A DNA stretch of 64,000 nt from an uncultured Gammaproteobacteria bacterium (GCA_963698405.1 CAVOQT010000009.1:11185-75184); one strand, 5' to 3'; shown: positions 49,797 to 59,085, numbered from the stretch's first letter. Program-made: numbers and translations. Notes: generated from the sequence alone by a model not told the origin.

Positions 49797-50855
49797 TCAA
49801 AGTCCGTAGCGCTTCATCTTTTCGGCCAGCGTCGTGCGCCGGACCTGGAGTTTCTGGGCAGCGTGCGCAATGACGCCATTGGCCTCATGCAGTGCCCGGC
49901 GTATCAGCGAAACCTCGATCTGTTCGAGATATTCCTTGAGCGGCAGCCCCGCATCGGGCAACTCGATGTCCTGCGGCCGTGGTCCAGCCGCCCGTGCAGC
50001 CGCGACCTCCTGGCGATCTGATTCACGCAGCGGTGCTGCTGCCGTATAGCGCGTGGGCAGCTGCGGGATATCCACCGCCGTACCCGGATGCAGCACGCAC
50101 AAGCGCTCAAGCAGATTGGATAACTCGCGGATATTTCCCGGCCACGAGTAATGCTTGAGGATGCGTATGGCGCCAGGCGTGACCTGTACCGGCGAGAGTC
50201 CGACACTCCGGCAGCGCTCGATGATGTTGGCGATCAGGTCCGGCAGATCTTCCAGCCGCTCACGCAGCGGCGGCAGCTCGATCGGAAATACGTTGAGCCG
50301 GTAGTAGAGATCTTCGCGAAAGCTGTCGCTCTTGATTGCCGCTTCCAGATTGCGGTGCGTGGCCGCAATGATGCGCACATCGCACTCCCGCGGACGGTTG
50401 TTGCCAACCCGCTCATAGATCCGTTCCTGCAGCACGCGCAGCAGCTTGACCTGCATCGGCAGGCTCATGTCGCCGATCTCGTCCAGAAACAGGGTGCCGC
50501 CCTCGGCTGCCTCGAAACGCCCGACGCGGGCGGAAATGGCGCCGGTAAACGCCCCCTTTTCATGACCAAACAGCTCGCTCTCGAGCAGCTCGGCCGGAAT
50601 CGCCCCGCAGTTGACCGGCACAAAGGGCTTGTCGGCGCGCGGTGACAGCAGGTGGACGTAACGGGCGACCCACTCCTTGCCGGTACCGGACTCGCCGGTG
50701 ACCAGTACACTGGTATTGAACGGGGCCACCTGCTCGATGAGCCGGCGCACATTGACCATGCGAGCGCTGTGACCGGTCGGAAAGTAGACCGGAGCTGTCG
50801 CCGGGGCTATGCCCTCTGCGCCCGCCTTGTCGGCGGCCTTCGTGATGTCATTCAT
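49797..50855 (-). CDS. fleQ: FleQ/FlrA-like sigma-54 enhancer-binding protein lacking the N-terminal REC-like domain
   Basis: AAA+ core: [82 protein letters not shown]-terminal [17 protein letters not shown]. Only about 25-45 aa precede the AAA+ core. A TTG at 50906 is an alternative start. Confidence 0.75.
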   Translation of the reverse strand: MNDITKAADKAGAEGIAPATAPVYFPTGHSARMVNVRRLIEQVAPFNTSVLVTGESGTGKEWVARYVHLLSPRADKPFVPVNCGAIPAELLESELFGHEKGAFTGAISARVGRFEAAEGGTLFLDEIGDMSLPMQVKLLRVLQERIYERVGNNRPRECDVRIIAATHRNLEAAIKSDSFREDLYYRLNVFPIELPPLRERLEDLPDLIANIIERCRSVGLSPVQVTPGAIRILKHYSWPGNIRELSNLLERLCVLHPGTAVDIPQLPTRYTAAAPLRESDRQEVAAARAAGPRPQDIELPDAGLPLKEYLEQIEVSLIRRALHEANGVIAHAAQKLQVRRTTLAEKMKRYGL

Positions 50856-50993
50856 TTTGGATGGGATAAAGGCCCGATGCCGCGCCGAAGTGGCCGGTAT
50901 GATCAAGTCTGCCCCGGTTCAAGTCAAACAAAACGCCAATTTCCCGTCGCGCTGGTGGAGCCCCTGGAAGGGATCGGTTAGAGTTTCCAGCCA

Positions 50994-52175
50994 ATGACCC
51001 CGCGCCATTCGAGCACCAGCCCGCCACCCCCTGCGGTACGCAGCAAATTGCCAGACGTGGGCACCACGATCTTCACCGTGATGTCGCAGCTGGCCGCCGA
51101 ATGCGAAGCGCTCAACCTGACGCAGGGTTCACCTGATTTTCCGCCACCTGTGGGGCTGCTGGACCGCGTCGCCCACCACCTGTACGCCAGCAACAACCAG
51201 TACGCACCGATGAGCGGACTGCCCGCACTGCGTGAACAGATCGCGATCAAGACGCTCAGCCTGTATGGCAGGCAGATTGACCCGGACAGTGAAGTTACCG
51301 TTACCTCGGGGGCAACCGAGGCACTGTTCAGTGCCATCGAAGCCTGCGTACATCCGGGCGACGAAGTGCTGTGTTTCGATCCAGCCTATGACAGCTACGA
51401 TCCTGCCGTCCGCCTGGCCGGCGGAACAGCGGTACACCTGCCGCTGGTGCCGCCACACTTCGGCATTAATTGGGATCAGCTACGTGCGGCGATCACCCCG
51501 CGCACGCGACTGATCATCCTCAACTCACCGCATAACCCCACCGGCGCAGTGCTTGCGGCTGCCGATATGGCCAGTCTTGAGGCCATCGTGCGTGGTACGA
51601 ACATCGTGCTGCTCGGTGATGAGGTCTACGAACACATGGTGTTTGATGGCCAGCGGCACGAAAGCCTGCTGCGCTACCCCGCACTGGCCGAACGCAGCCT
51701 GGTGATTTCATCGTTCGGCAAGACCTATCACGCCACCGGCTGGAAAATCGGCTACTGCATTGCGCCGCCAGCTCTGATGAGCGAGTTCCGGCGCATACAT
51801 CAGTTCGTGCAGTTCTGTGTCGTTACACCGATGCAGCGGGCACTGGCCGACTTCATGGTCAGCGACAAGGAACATTATCTCGGACTGCCGGATTTCTATC
51901 AGAAGAAGCGTGACTACTTCTGTACGCTGCTCAAGCCGTCGCGTCTGCGCTGCACGCCATCGGCCGGCACCTACTTCCAGCTTGCCGATTACAGCGCGAT
52001 CAGCGACGAACCGGATGTGAGCTACGCACAACGCCTGACCCGCGAGGTCGGCGTGGCCTGCATTCCGGTCTCGGTCTTTTACGCCGTACCAGGGGATGCG
52101 CGACTGCTGCGCTTCTGTTTTGCCAAGGATTCATCCACGCTCGAACGTGCCGCAGAGATTCTCTGCCGGCTCTGA
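50994..52175 (+). CDS. PLP-dependent aminotransferase (class I/II, YbdL/methionine aminotransferase-like)
   Basis: SKLPDVGTTIFTVMSQLA...NLTQGSPDFPPP...NSPHNPTG...SSFGKTYHATGWKIGY (PLP lysine). Confidence 0.8.
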   Translation: MTPRHSSTSPPPPAVRSKLPDVGTTIFTVMSQLAAECEALNLTQGSPDFPPPVGLLDRVAHHLYASNNQYAPMSGLPALREQIAIKTLSLYGRQIDPDSEVTVTSGATEALFSAIEACVHPGDEVLCFDPAYDSYDPAVRLAGGTAVHLPLVPPHFGINWDQLRAAITPRTRLIILNSPHNPTGAVLAAADMASLEAIVRGTNIVLLGDEVYEHMVFDGQRHESLLRYPALAERSLVISSFGKTYHATGWKIGYCIAPPALMSEFRRIHQFVQFCVVTPMQRALADFMVSDKEHYLGLPDFYQKKRDYFCTLLKPSRLRCTPSAGTYFQLADYSAISDEPDVSYAQRLTREVGVACIPVSVFYAVPGDARLLRFCFAKDSSTLERAAEILCRL

Positions 52176-52203
52176 GTTACACCTCTCACCAACCTGAGCA
52201 CCT

Positions 52204-52950
52204 ATGCATCGTCTGCTTGTTTTCCAGCACGTCCCGCACGAAATACTCGGCACACTCGATCCATTGCTGAGGGATGCCGGTTTTCGCATCCGCTACCAGA
52301 ATTTCGGACGGCAACCCGATGCAGTGCCGGATCTCGATCGCTATCACGGCCTGATCGTGCTCGGCGGTCCGATGAACTGCGATCAGATACACCACTATCC
52401 ACATCTGGCTACGGAAATAGCAGCAATTCGCGAAGCGATCGCCGCACGCAAGCCGGTACTCGGCATCTGTCTTGGCGCACAGCTGCTGGCCTGCGCACTC
52501 GGTGCACGGGTTAGCGCCAATCCGGTCAAGGAGATCGGCTGGTACGATGTCGAACCCACTGCAGAAGGCCGGCGCGACCCGCTGTTTCGTCATTTCTCCG
52601 CCAGCGAGAAGATCTTCCAGTGGCATGGCGACACCTTTGCAATTCCTGACGGCGCGGTGCATCTGGCCTCCTCGCCGGACTGCCGGAACCAGGCCTTCCG
52701 CTATGGCGACAACGTCTATGGTCTGCAGTTTCACCTGGAAGTCGACGAGCCGATGATCCATCGCTGGCTGCATGCGCCGGTAAACGTGCGCGAACTGGAA
52801 GGACTGCGCGGCAGGATCGACCCGCAACAGATCGCCACCGACACACCACTGCATGTTGCACAGTCACAGCCCCTCGGCACGCAGTTGTTTGGCGAGTTCC
52901 TGCGCCTGTTTCATCGTCGACATCGGCGCGTGACGCTGCCCTCCCGCTAA
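52204..52950 (+). CDS. class I glutamine amidotransferase-like protein
   Basis: MHRLLVFQHVPHE...GLIVLGGPM...VLGICLGAQLLA (nucleophile Cys elbow)...LQFHLEV. Confidence 0.8.
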   Translation: MHRLLVFQHVPHEILGTLDPLLRDAGFRIRYQNFGRQPDAVPDLDRYHGLIVLGGPMNCDQIHHYPHLATEIAAIREAIAARKPVLGICLGAQLLACALGARVSANPVKEIGWYDVEPTAEGRRDPLFRHFSASEKIFQWHGDTFAIPDGAVHLASSPDCRNQAFRYGDNVYGLQFHLEVDEPMIHRWLHAPVNVRELEGLRGRIDPQQIATDTPLHVAQSQPLGTQLFGEFLRLFHRRHRRVTLPSR

Positions 52951-52984
52951 AGTAGCTGACGTCCACTGCAACGCAGCCAGGAAC

Positions 52985-53015
52985 TTGACTCTCCCATCAT
53001 GGGAGGGTTTAGCAT
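52985..53015 (+). promoter_or_regulatory. MerR-type (CueR) promoter/operator with 19-bp spacer
   Basis: TTGACT (52985-90), then the 19-nt spacer ctcccatcatgggagggtt containing the perfect dyad CTCCCAT-c-ATGGGAG, then TAGCAT (53010-15). The layout matches E. coli PcopA (TTGACCTTCC...GGAAGGTTTAACCT). Confidence 0.75.
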
Positions 53016-53022
53016 GGCGGAC

Positions 53023-53439
53023 ATGAATATCAGCCGCGCTGCACAGCTCTCCGGGGTCTCCGCAAAAATGATCCGGCACTACGAAAGTACCGGACTGATC
53101 CCGGCGGTCACCCGTAGCGACTCGGGCTATCGCTGCTATACGCCGGAGGATGTGCATCGCCTGGCCTTTATCCACCGTGCACGGGCAGTAGGCTTCGGCA
53201 CGCCGGAAATCCGGCAATTGCTGTCACTCTGGCAAAACCGGCAGCGGCCAGCACGCGACGTCAAACGGCTGGCAGTAGAACATCTGCAGCAACTACAGGA
53301 ACGGATTGCAGATCTTGAGGCCATCGCCGATACGCTGTCGCACCTGATCAGTCACTGTCGGGGTGACGACCGCCCGGACTGCCCGATACTCGACTCACTT
53401 GCCGACAACACACCCACATCATGCAAGCAGGCATCCTGA
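53023..53439 (+). CDS. cueR: Cu(I)-responsive MerR-family regulator CueR
   Basis: MNISRAAQLSGVSAKMIRHYESTGLIP... parallels E. coli CueR ([25 protein letters not shown]). Metal loop CRGDDRPDCP. Start chosen downstream of the predicted TSS. The listed ORF begins at 52999. Confidence 0.85.
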   Translation: MNISRAAQLSGVSAKMIRHYESTGLIPAVTRSDSGYRCYTPEDVHRLAFIHRARAVGFGTPEIRQLLSLWQNRQRPARDVKRLAVEHLQQLQERIADLEAIADTLSHLISHCRGDDRPDCPILDSLADNTPTSCKQAS

Positions 53440-55712
53440 TGAGCAGCACTGATACAGCCATACAACCGGTCGAGCGAATCAGCCTGCCAGTACGCGGCAT
53501 GACCTGTACTGCCTGCTCCACCCGGCTGGAGAAAGCACTCGGACGGGTGCCTGGCGTGAGCACGGCAAGCGTCAACTTCGCGATCGAAGAGGCCACGGTA
53601 ACTTTCGATCCGCAACAGCTCGATGCTGCAGGAATTGCCAGCGCCATCGGCAAGGCTGGCTTCGAGGTGCCTGCCAGGCCATCCAGCACCCTCAGTGAGG
53701 ATGACCAGCGGGCCCAGGAGCAGTCACAGCTGCGTCGGGAATTTCTCCTGCTGATGGTTTCAGCTGCATTTGCAGCACCGCTGCTGTGGCAGATGGCGGG
53801 CATGAGCATCGGCCAGCACTGGCATCTGCCCGCCTGGCTGGAACTGTTGCTGGCAACGCCGGTGCAGTTCGTGATCGGCGCACGTTTCTACCGTTCGGCC
53901 TGGCAAGCTATCCGGGCCAAGGCCGGCAACATGGATGTGCTCGTCGCCCTCGGCACCAGCGCTGCCTATGGCTACAGCCTCTACCTGCTGGCCACGCTTG
54001 GCTTCGACGCAGCGACCGGCAAACTGTATTTCGAGGCATCGGTGATCATCATCACCCTGGTTCTGCTGGGCAAGTTTCTGGAAACCCGGGCCAAACGCGG
54101 CACCACCGCCGCCATCCGGCAGCTCATGGAATTGCGTCCACAGGCCGCGCGCGTGCGACAGGCCGACGGCACGGAACGCGAAATGCCCATCAATGAGGTA
54201 CGGAACGGTGACCTGATCATCGTCCGGCCCGGCGAGCGGATTCCGGCAGATGGCGTAGTCGTCACAGGGCGCAGCGAACTCGACGAATCTCTGATCACCG
54301 GCGAGAGCCTGCCCGTCGACAAGGAGCCGGGCAGCCGGGTGACCGGTGGAGCAATCAATGGCACCGGCCTGCTGGAGGTACGGACTACGGCTGTCGGTGC
54401 AGATTCGACACTGGCCAAGATCATCCGCCTGGTCGAGAACGCACAGAGTGGCAAAGCGCCTGTGCAGCGCCTGGTCGATCAGATCAGCGCGATCTTTGTT
54501 CCAGTAGTCGTTCTCCTGGCAGTAATCACCTTCGTCACCTGGCTGCTGATCACCGGTGATTTCGAGCACTCGCTGGTCTCGGCGGTTGCTGTGCTGGTCA
54601 TCGCCTGTCCGTGTGCGCTGGGCCTCGCGACTCCAACTGCAATCATGACCGGTACAGGTGCAGCAGCCCGCGCCGGCATCCTGATCAAGGATGTCGAAGC
54701 GCTCGAGCACGCCCATCGTCTGGATACCATCGTCTTCGACAAGACCGGCACACTGACAGTCGGGCAACCGGTACTGGTTGCCATCCATATGGTTCGCGGC
54801 GGCGAAGACGAACTGCTGCAACTGGCGGCCTCGGTACAACAGGGCAGTGAGCATCCCCTCGCCCGCGCGATCATCGAGCATGCTGACTCACGCGGACTGG
54901 TCAGCAGCAAGGTTACGGATTTCCGCAGCCATACCGGCCGTGGTGTGACCGGTACCGTCGCCGGACACGAGATCATGCTCGGCAACCAGCGACTGCTGGC
55001 CGAACAGCAAATCGATGCAGGTACGGCCATCGAAGCAGCCGAGCGCATGGAAAAGCAGGCTCAAACCGCTGTATTTGTGGCTGATCGCAACGGCGTGCTT
55101 GGCGTACTGGCCATTGCCGACCAGTTGCGACCGGAAGCCATCGCGGCTGTCGCCACGCTGCGCGAGATGGGTATACGCACACTGATGCTTTCAGGCGATG
55201 CTGAACTTGTTGCTGCGGAGATCGGCCGTCAGGCTGGCGTGGATGAAGCGCGTGGAGCGGTACAACCCGAGGGCAAAGCGCAGGCTATCAGGCAATTGCA
55301 CGATGCCGGTCGTATCGTTGGCATGATCGGCGACGGTATCAACGATGCGCCGGCACTGGCCGCTGCCGACGTCGGCATTGCGATGGGAACCGGTACTGAT
55401 ATCGCGATGGAAACGGCAGGAGTGACATTGATGCGCGCCGACCCCCGACTGGTAGCCGGGGCAATCGCTGTCAGCCGTGCCACATTCCGGAAAATACGCC
55501 AGAACCTGTTCTGGGCATTCATCTACAACCTGATCGGCATCCCGGCTGCAGCGCTCGGCTATCTGAGCCCGGCTCTGGCCGGCGCCGCCATGGCGATGAG
55601 CAGCGTCAGCGTGGTCAGCAATTCACTGCTGCTGCGCCGCTGGCGTCCCAGGCTGCGGGATGTGAACAGGCCATCAGCTGATCACTCAGGCGATTACCGA
55701 AGCCGGCTTTGA
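53439..55712 (+). CDS. copA: copper-translocating P1B-type ATPase CopA
   Basis: HMA domain GMTCTACSTRLEK, then TGES, CPC (VIACPCALGLATP), DKTGTLT and GDGINDAP. The ATG at 53439 shares one nt with the cueR TGA. An ATG at 53421 is an alternative. Confidence 0.92.
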   Translation: MSSTDTAIQPVERISLPVRGMTCTACSTRLEKALGRVPGVSTASVNFAIEEATVTFDPQQLDAAGIASAIGKAGFEVPARPSSTLSEDDQRAQEQSQLRREFLLLMVSAAFAAPLLWQMAGMSIGQHWHLPAWLELLLATPVQFVIGARFYRSAWQAIRAKAGNMDVLVALGTSAAYGYSLYLLATLGFDAATGKLYFEASVIIITLVLLGKFLETRAKRGTTAAIRQLMELRPQAARVRQADGTEREMPINEVRNGDLIIVRPGERIPADGVVVTGRSELDESLITGESLPVDKEPGSRVTGGAINGTGLLEVRTTAVGADSTLAKIIRLVENAQSGKAPVQRLVDQISAIFVPVVVLLAVITFVTWLLITGDFEHSLVSAVAVLVIACPCALGLATPTAIMTGTGAAARAGILIKDVEALEHAHRLDTIVFDKTGTLTVGQPVLVAIHMVRGGEDELLQLAASVQQGSEHPLARAIIEHADSRGLVSSKVTDFRSHTGRGVTGTVAGHEIMLGNQRLLAEQQIDAGTAIEAAERMEKQAQTAVFVADRNGVLGVLAIADQLRPEAIAAVATLREMGIRTLMLSGDAELVAAEIGRQAGVDEARGAVQPEGKAQAIRQLHDAGRIVGMIGDGINDAPALAAADVGIAMGTGTDIAMETAGVTLMRADPRLVAGAIAVSRATFRKIRQNLFWAFIYNLIGIPAAALGYLSPALAGAAMAMSSVSVVSNSLLLRRWRPRLRDVNRPSADHSGDYRSRL

Positions 55713-55766
55713 CGTTGTCAGCTGAGCAACCGGTATTTCATTTTCTCCTGCGGCAAGTATCATAAG

Positions 55767-55784
55767 AAGCATTCAATATGAATG
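55767..55784 (+). promoter_or_regulatory. possible NsrR-type operator upstream of the DUF2249 gene
   Basis: AAGCAT-tcaat-ATGAAT is an imperfect inverted repeat resembling the gammaproteobacterial NsrR dyad (ATGCAT-N5-ATGCAT type), with one mismatch per half, about 35 nt before the ATG at 55812. Confidence 0.3.
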
Positions 55785-55811
55785 TTATAGAGGCCCTATC
55801 AGGAGACACCG

Positions 55812-56063
55812 ATGAACCACCAGCACCTGTCAGAAGACATGATTTACCCCTTCGATGCGCGCGGCGTCGCCAAGCGCTTTCGCCACGCTGCGATATTTGG
55901 CGCGCTTGATGCCCTGATGCCCGGCGAGACGATGCGTTTCTGCAACGACCACGACCCGCTGCCATTGCTGGCCCAGGCCCAGAACCGCTATGGCGATGCG
56001 CTCAGAATCGAGTACATGCAGCGCGAACCCGGCGCCATCGTCATCGACTTCACCCGTCAGTAA
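55812..56063 (+). CDS. DUF2249 domain protein (NO-stress associated family)
   Basis: 83 aa: FDARGVAKRFRHAAIFGALDALMPGETMRFCNDHDPLPLL matches the DUF2249 pattern. Convergent with norB. Confidence 0.65.
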   Translation: MNHQHLSEDMIYPFDARGVAKRFRHAAIFGALDALMPGETMRFCNDHDPLPLLAQAQNRYGDALRIEYMQREPGAIVIDFTRQ

Positions 56064-56269
56064 AGTACAGCGACCGGACGCCGGTGCAATGCCGGCGCCC
56101 GGTCCTGCAGCCACCTTCCTGCCGGCAGCATGCAACTCGCGCACTGACCAGCCCGCAGCACATTCTGAATATCCCGATTCATCGTATCTGATACCGGCAG
56201 CCTGCCGGCTGTAGAGGCGCCAACGTGTGTGCCCGGACCTGGCAGCATTGCGCCCGCATTCCGTAAACC

Positions 56270-56330
56270 AAAAAAGACCGGGCCCCGGTCAGCCAGCCAA
56301 CTCTTCGTTGGCTGACCGACCGGGGCCCGG
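56270..56330 (-). terminator. rho-independent terminator of norB
   Basis: Minus strand reads ccgggccccggtcggtcagccaac-gaagag-ttggctggctgaccggggcccgg, followed by TCTTTTTTGG, about 28 nt after the norB stop. Confidence 0.65.
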
Positions 56331-56357
56331 CCGGGTATTGGCTTTTAGACTTTAGCC

Positions 56358-58772
56358 TTAGCCGCGGATCTTCGGCTCCAGTTCGGTAGACCACTCTCTA
56401 CCGAGCTCATCGCCGTACTCCGCCTGATAGGCCTTCCACTCTTCGGTCGTGGTATCCGTCTCTGCATTCATGCGGGAACCCCGTGAGAGCACGAAGTACA
56501 TCAGGGGCAGCAAGCCACCGAACACGAACACTGCACCACCGATCGAACGGAGGTAGGTCAGGGTAGCGAACACCGGACCATGGATCACCTCAGTGGTACG
56601 GGCCGCCCAGTATCCCTCGGTGAGCACGATCCAGATCTGATACAGACCGACCGGGAACATGTCGAGGAACATCATCAGGGCGGTGCCGATGTTCAGGGAC
56701 CAGAAGGCCGTACGTACCAGCTTTTCATTCCAGGAAGATTTCTGGAACAGGTGCTGGCAGCAGAACAGCATACCGGCAAGAGCAACGTTGCCCTTCACAC
56801 CGAACATTGCAGCATGAGCATGGTTAAGCGTCATGTAGGTCGCATGCTCGTAGTAGTTGACGATCGGCAGCGTGATCAGCGAACCGAATACGCCGGCGCC
56901 GAAGATATTCCAGAAGTTGACGCCCAGGATGAACAGCCAGACAGCTTCCATCACGTGCATCTGCTTGCCCTGGACGCGAAGTTCCATGGCACGACCGCTC
57001 TCCTGACGCATCTGCCAGGCGTCCAGCGTGAGCAGCAGCAGTGGCAACACCTGGAGGGTGGAGAACACGCTGCCGACCGCGATGATGCCTGTCGGCTTGG
57101 CGATCCAGTAGAAGTTATGCGAGATGCCGTTGATCGCCGTGACGAAGAAGAGCATGACGGCCAGGAAGATGACCCGCTCTGCCATCAGACGCGTGACCAG
57201 ACCCATCTGCACCAGCAGGTAGGCGACGATCACGGTGGTGAACACCTCGAAGGTAACCTCTACCCACATGTGTACCGTCATCCAGCGCCAGTAGTCGGAG
57301 ATGGCGAAGTTGGAGTTCGGTGTCATCAGCACGCTGAAGAACAGGAACAGCACCATCACGCCACTGCCCCAGAGCAGCCAGGCAGGAACGGACCAGATAT
57401 TCTTCTTGGTGATCCAGGGCTGCACACCGCGATAGATGATGTAGATCCACAGCACGAAGGAGGCGAGCAGGAGCAACTGGAAGAAGCGTCCCAGTTCGAT
57501 GAACTCCCAGCCCTGGCTGCCGAACCAGTAAGACATGGTGTCGTTCATGTAGCCGCGCTGGCCGGTATAGATACCGAATACAGCACCGAGGGCTACGACC
57601 ACCGACATCGCGAACAGCAGGTTGATCAGGAACAACTGACCCTTCTGTACCTTGGCAAGGCGGGGCAGGAAGAAGATCGTGTAACCGACCCATGCCATGA
57701 AGAACCAGAAGATCTGCAGCAGCGTGTGGTAGCTGCGTGCAACGGTGAACGGCATCAGTTCATTGAGGTTCATGCCGAACGGACGAACGAAGTCCAGGGC
57801 GCCAACGATACCCATCAGTACCTGGATACCAAAACAGAGGATAGCCAGCGCAAAGAACTTGTAGGTGGCCTTCTGCGTGGGACGGACGTAGCCGTTCTCG
57901 AGATCAGCCGTGGTCAGCGAGTGGCCACCGGGGGCCTCTGAGGAATCGAATACGTCGACTTCCTGCATCTTCATCTGACCGTAGACGTACAGCACGACGC
58001 TGATGCCTATCCACAGGAAGAAGATCGATACCATGCTCCAGATGAAGGTGGCGGTCGTGGCGACGTTGCCTACATCCGGGTCATACGGCCAGTTGTGCGT
58101 ATAGCTGTAGGTCTCGCCAGGACGATTCGCTGCAGCAACCCAGCCACCCCAGAAGAAGAAGCCGGTGAGTGCACGCAGGTTCTCGACGCCGTTGACCTGG
58201 TTGATCGGCTCCATGCGATCCTTGTACGTCGGATCGGTGAACATCCGGGTGTAGTGGACATTCAACTCCTCAAACGCATGAATCTGCGCAGCAGTGAGGG
58301 TGATGGTCCCGGCGGTTTCATCATAGGTGTTGTTGCGCGCTTCGCGCAGAACACGCTGGTTGATCGCATCCCGCTCGTACTCCGTCAGAGTTTCGACGCC
58401 AGTGCGTGCGATCATGTCTTTGGTGTAGAACTCGCGCATCGACATGACAGTGCGATGCAATGCTTCGGCACTGAAGTCAGGACCACGGTCACCACCGTCG
58501 CCCCAGAAAGAGCCGTAACCCATCAGACCCCTGAGGTGGAAGACTTCCTTGCCACGCTCGATCTGTTGCTGGGAAATAACGACCTCGCCAGTCTCGGCGG
58601 AGACATAGTCAACCAGCGGCGGTGCGCCGCTATAGGTCTGCTGGCCCAGATATACCAGACCAGACACGCTGATCACTGCGACGATCAGGAAGTGGGTGGT
58701 CCAGGTTTTCTTGTTCAGGAGCCATTGCGCCAGATTATGGCCACCTGAACTCTCGACGGACTTCGTGCTCAT
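56358..58772 (-). CDS. norB: quinol-dependent nitric oxide reductase (qNOR, NorB/NorZ; heme-copper oxidase superfamily)
   Basis: About 804 aa. An N-terminal TM plus a periplasmic extension is fused to a 12-TM NorB core (HNFYWIAKP, His ligands ...MTLNHAHAAMFGV...). AGGAG SD 8 nt before the ATG at 58772. Confidence 0.88.
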   Translation of the reverse strand: MSTKSVESSGGHNLAQWLLNKKTWTTHFLIVAVISVSGLVYLGQQTYSGAPPLVDYVSAETGEVVISQQQIERGKEVFHLRGLMGYGSFWGDGGDRGPDFSAEALHRTVMSMREFYTKDMIARTGVETLTEYERDAINQRVLREARNNTYDETAGTITLTAAQIHAFEELNVHYTRMFTDPTYKDRMEPINQVNGVENLRALTGFFFWGGWVAAANRPGETYSYTHNWPYDPDVGNVATTATFIWSMVSIFFLWIGISVVLYVYGQMKMQEVDVFDSSEAPGGHSLTTADLENGYVRPTQKATYKFFALAILCFGIQVLMGIVGALDFVRPFGMNLNELMPFTVARSYHTLLQIFWFFMAWVGYTIFFLPRLAKVQKGQLFLINLLFAMSVVVALGAVFGIYTGQRGYMNDTMSYWFGSQGWEFIELGRFFQLLLLASFVLWIYIIYRGVQPWITKKNIWSVPAWLLWGSGVMVLFLFFSVLMTPNSNFAISDYWRWMTVHMWVEVTFEVFTTVIVAYLLVQMGLVTRLMAERVIFLAVMLFFVTAINGISHNFYWIAKPTGIIAVGSVFSTLQVLPLLLLTLDAWQMRQESGRAMELRVQGKQMHVMEAVWLFILGVNFWNIFGAGVFGSLITLPIVNYYEHATYMTLNHAHAAMFGVKGNVALAGMLFCCQHLFQKSSWNEKLVRTAFWSLNIGTALMMFLDMFPVGLYQIWIVLTEGYWAARTTEVIHGPVFATLTYLRSIGGAVFVFGGLLPLMYFVLSRGSRMNAETDTTTEEWKAYQAEYGDELGREWSTELEPKIRG

Positions 58773-58849
58773 TTGCTTAGGCTCCTTTAACGGTGGCCGG
58801 AATACCAACTAGGTAGAGATAGCTTGCTGAATAATCAACGTGGCGGTAA

Positions 58850-58863
58850 ATGACCCAGATCAA
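58850..58863 (-). promoter_or_regulatory. possible FNR/DNR-family box upstream of norB
   Basis: Minus strand reads TTGAT-ctgg-GTCAT against the consensus TTGAT-N4-ATCAA, centred about 84 nt upstream of the norB ATG. Confidence 0.4.
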
Positions 58864-59085
58864 TCACCACTAGGTAATTACACCTATGATCGGCGTACCG
58901 ATCAGGATTTCTAATGAAGTTGCTTGACCAGAGACAGCCCCCGGGCTTTTCTCCGGCGCACAGGATACATGAGCTGCGCAGATATTTCCTTGTCAACGGA
59001 ATCCGTGCGCAGTAATTTGCCAAGGGTTTATTGCCCTCCGGAAGCGCCGGCGGGATTTTGCTGAACAGCAGGGCCATTCAACGCA

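Noticed and set aside
53760-54881. 373-aa ORF antisense to copA. Similar long antisense ORFs are 56580..57941 opposite norB, 41708..42595 and 40874..41587 opposite flhA, 36099..37007 opposite fliM, 45798..46694 opposite motC, 29296..30147 opposite fliF, 4696..5772 opposite the DHS-like gene, and 43365..44228 opposite flhF.
   Set aside because: These are typical high-GC shadow ORFs. They are Arg/Gly/His/Asp/Gln-rich with no recognisable motifs, and each lies fully inside a gene whose sense-strand product has strong family signatures.
59007-59022. Sigma-54-like element upstream of norB (minus strand TGGCAAattacTGCG).
   Set aside because: The GG-to-GC spacing is one nt short of canonical, it lies about 240 nt from the ATG, and no NorR-type GT-N7-AC triad was seen. 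The FNR/DNR-like box is the better candidate.
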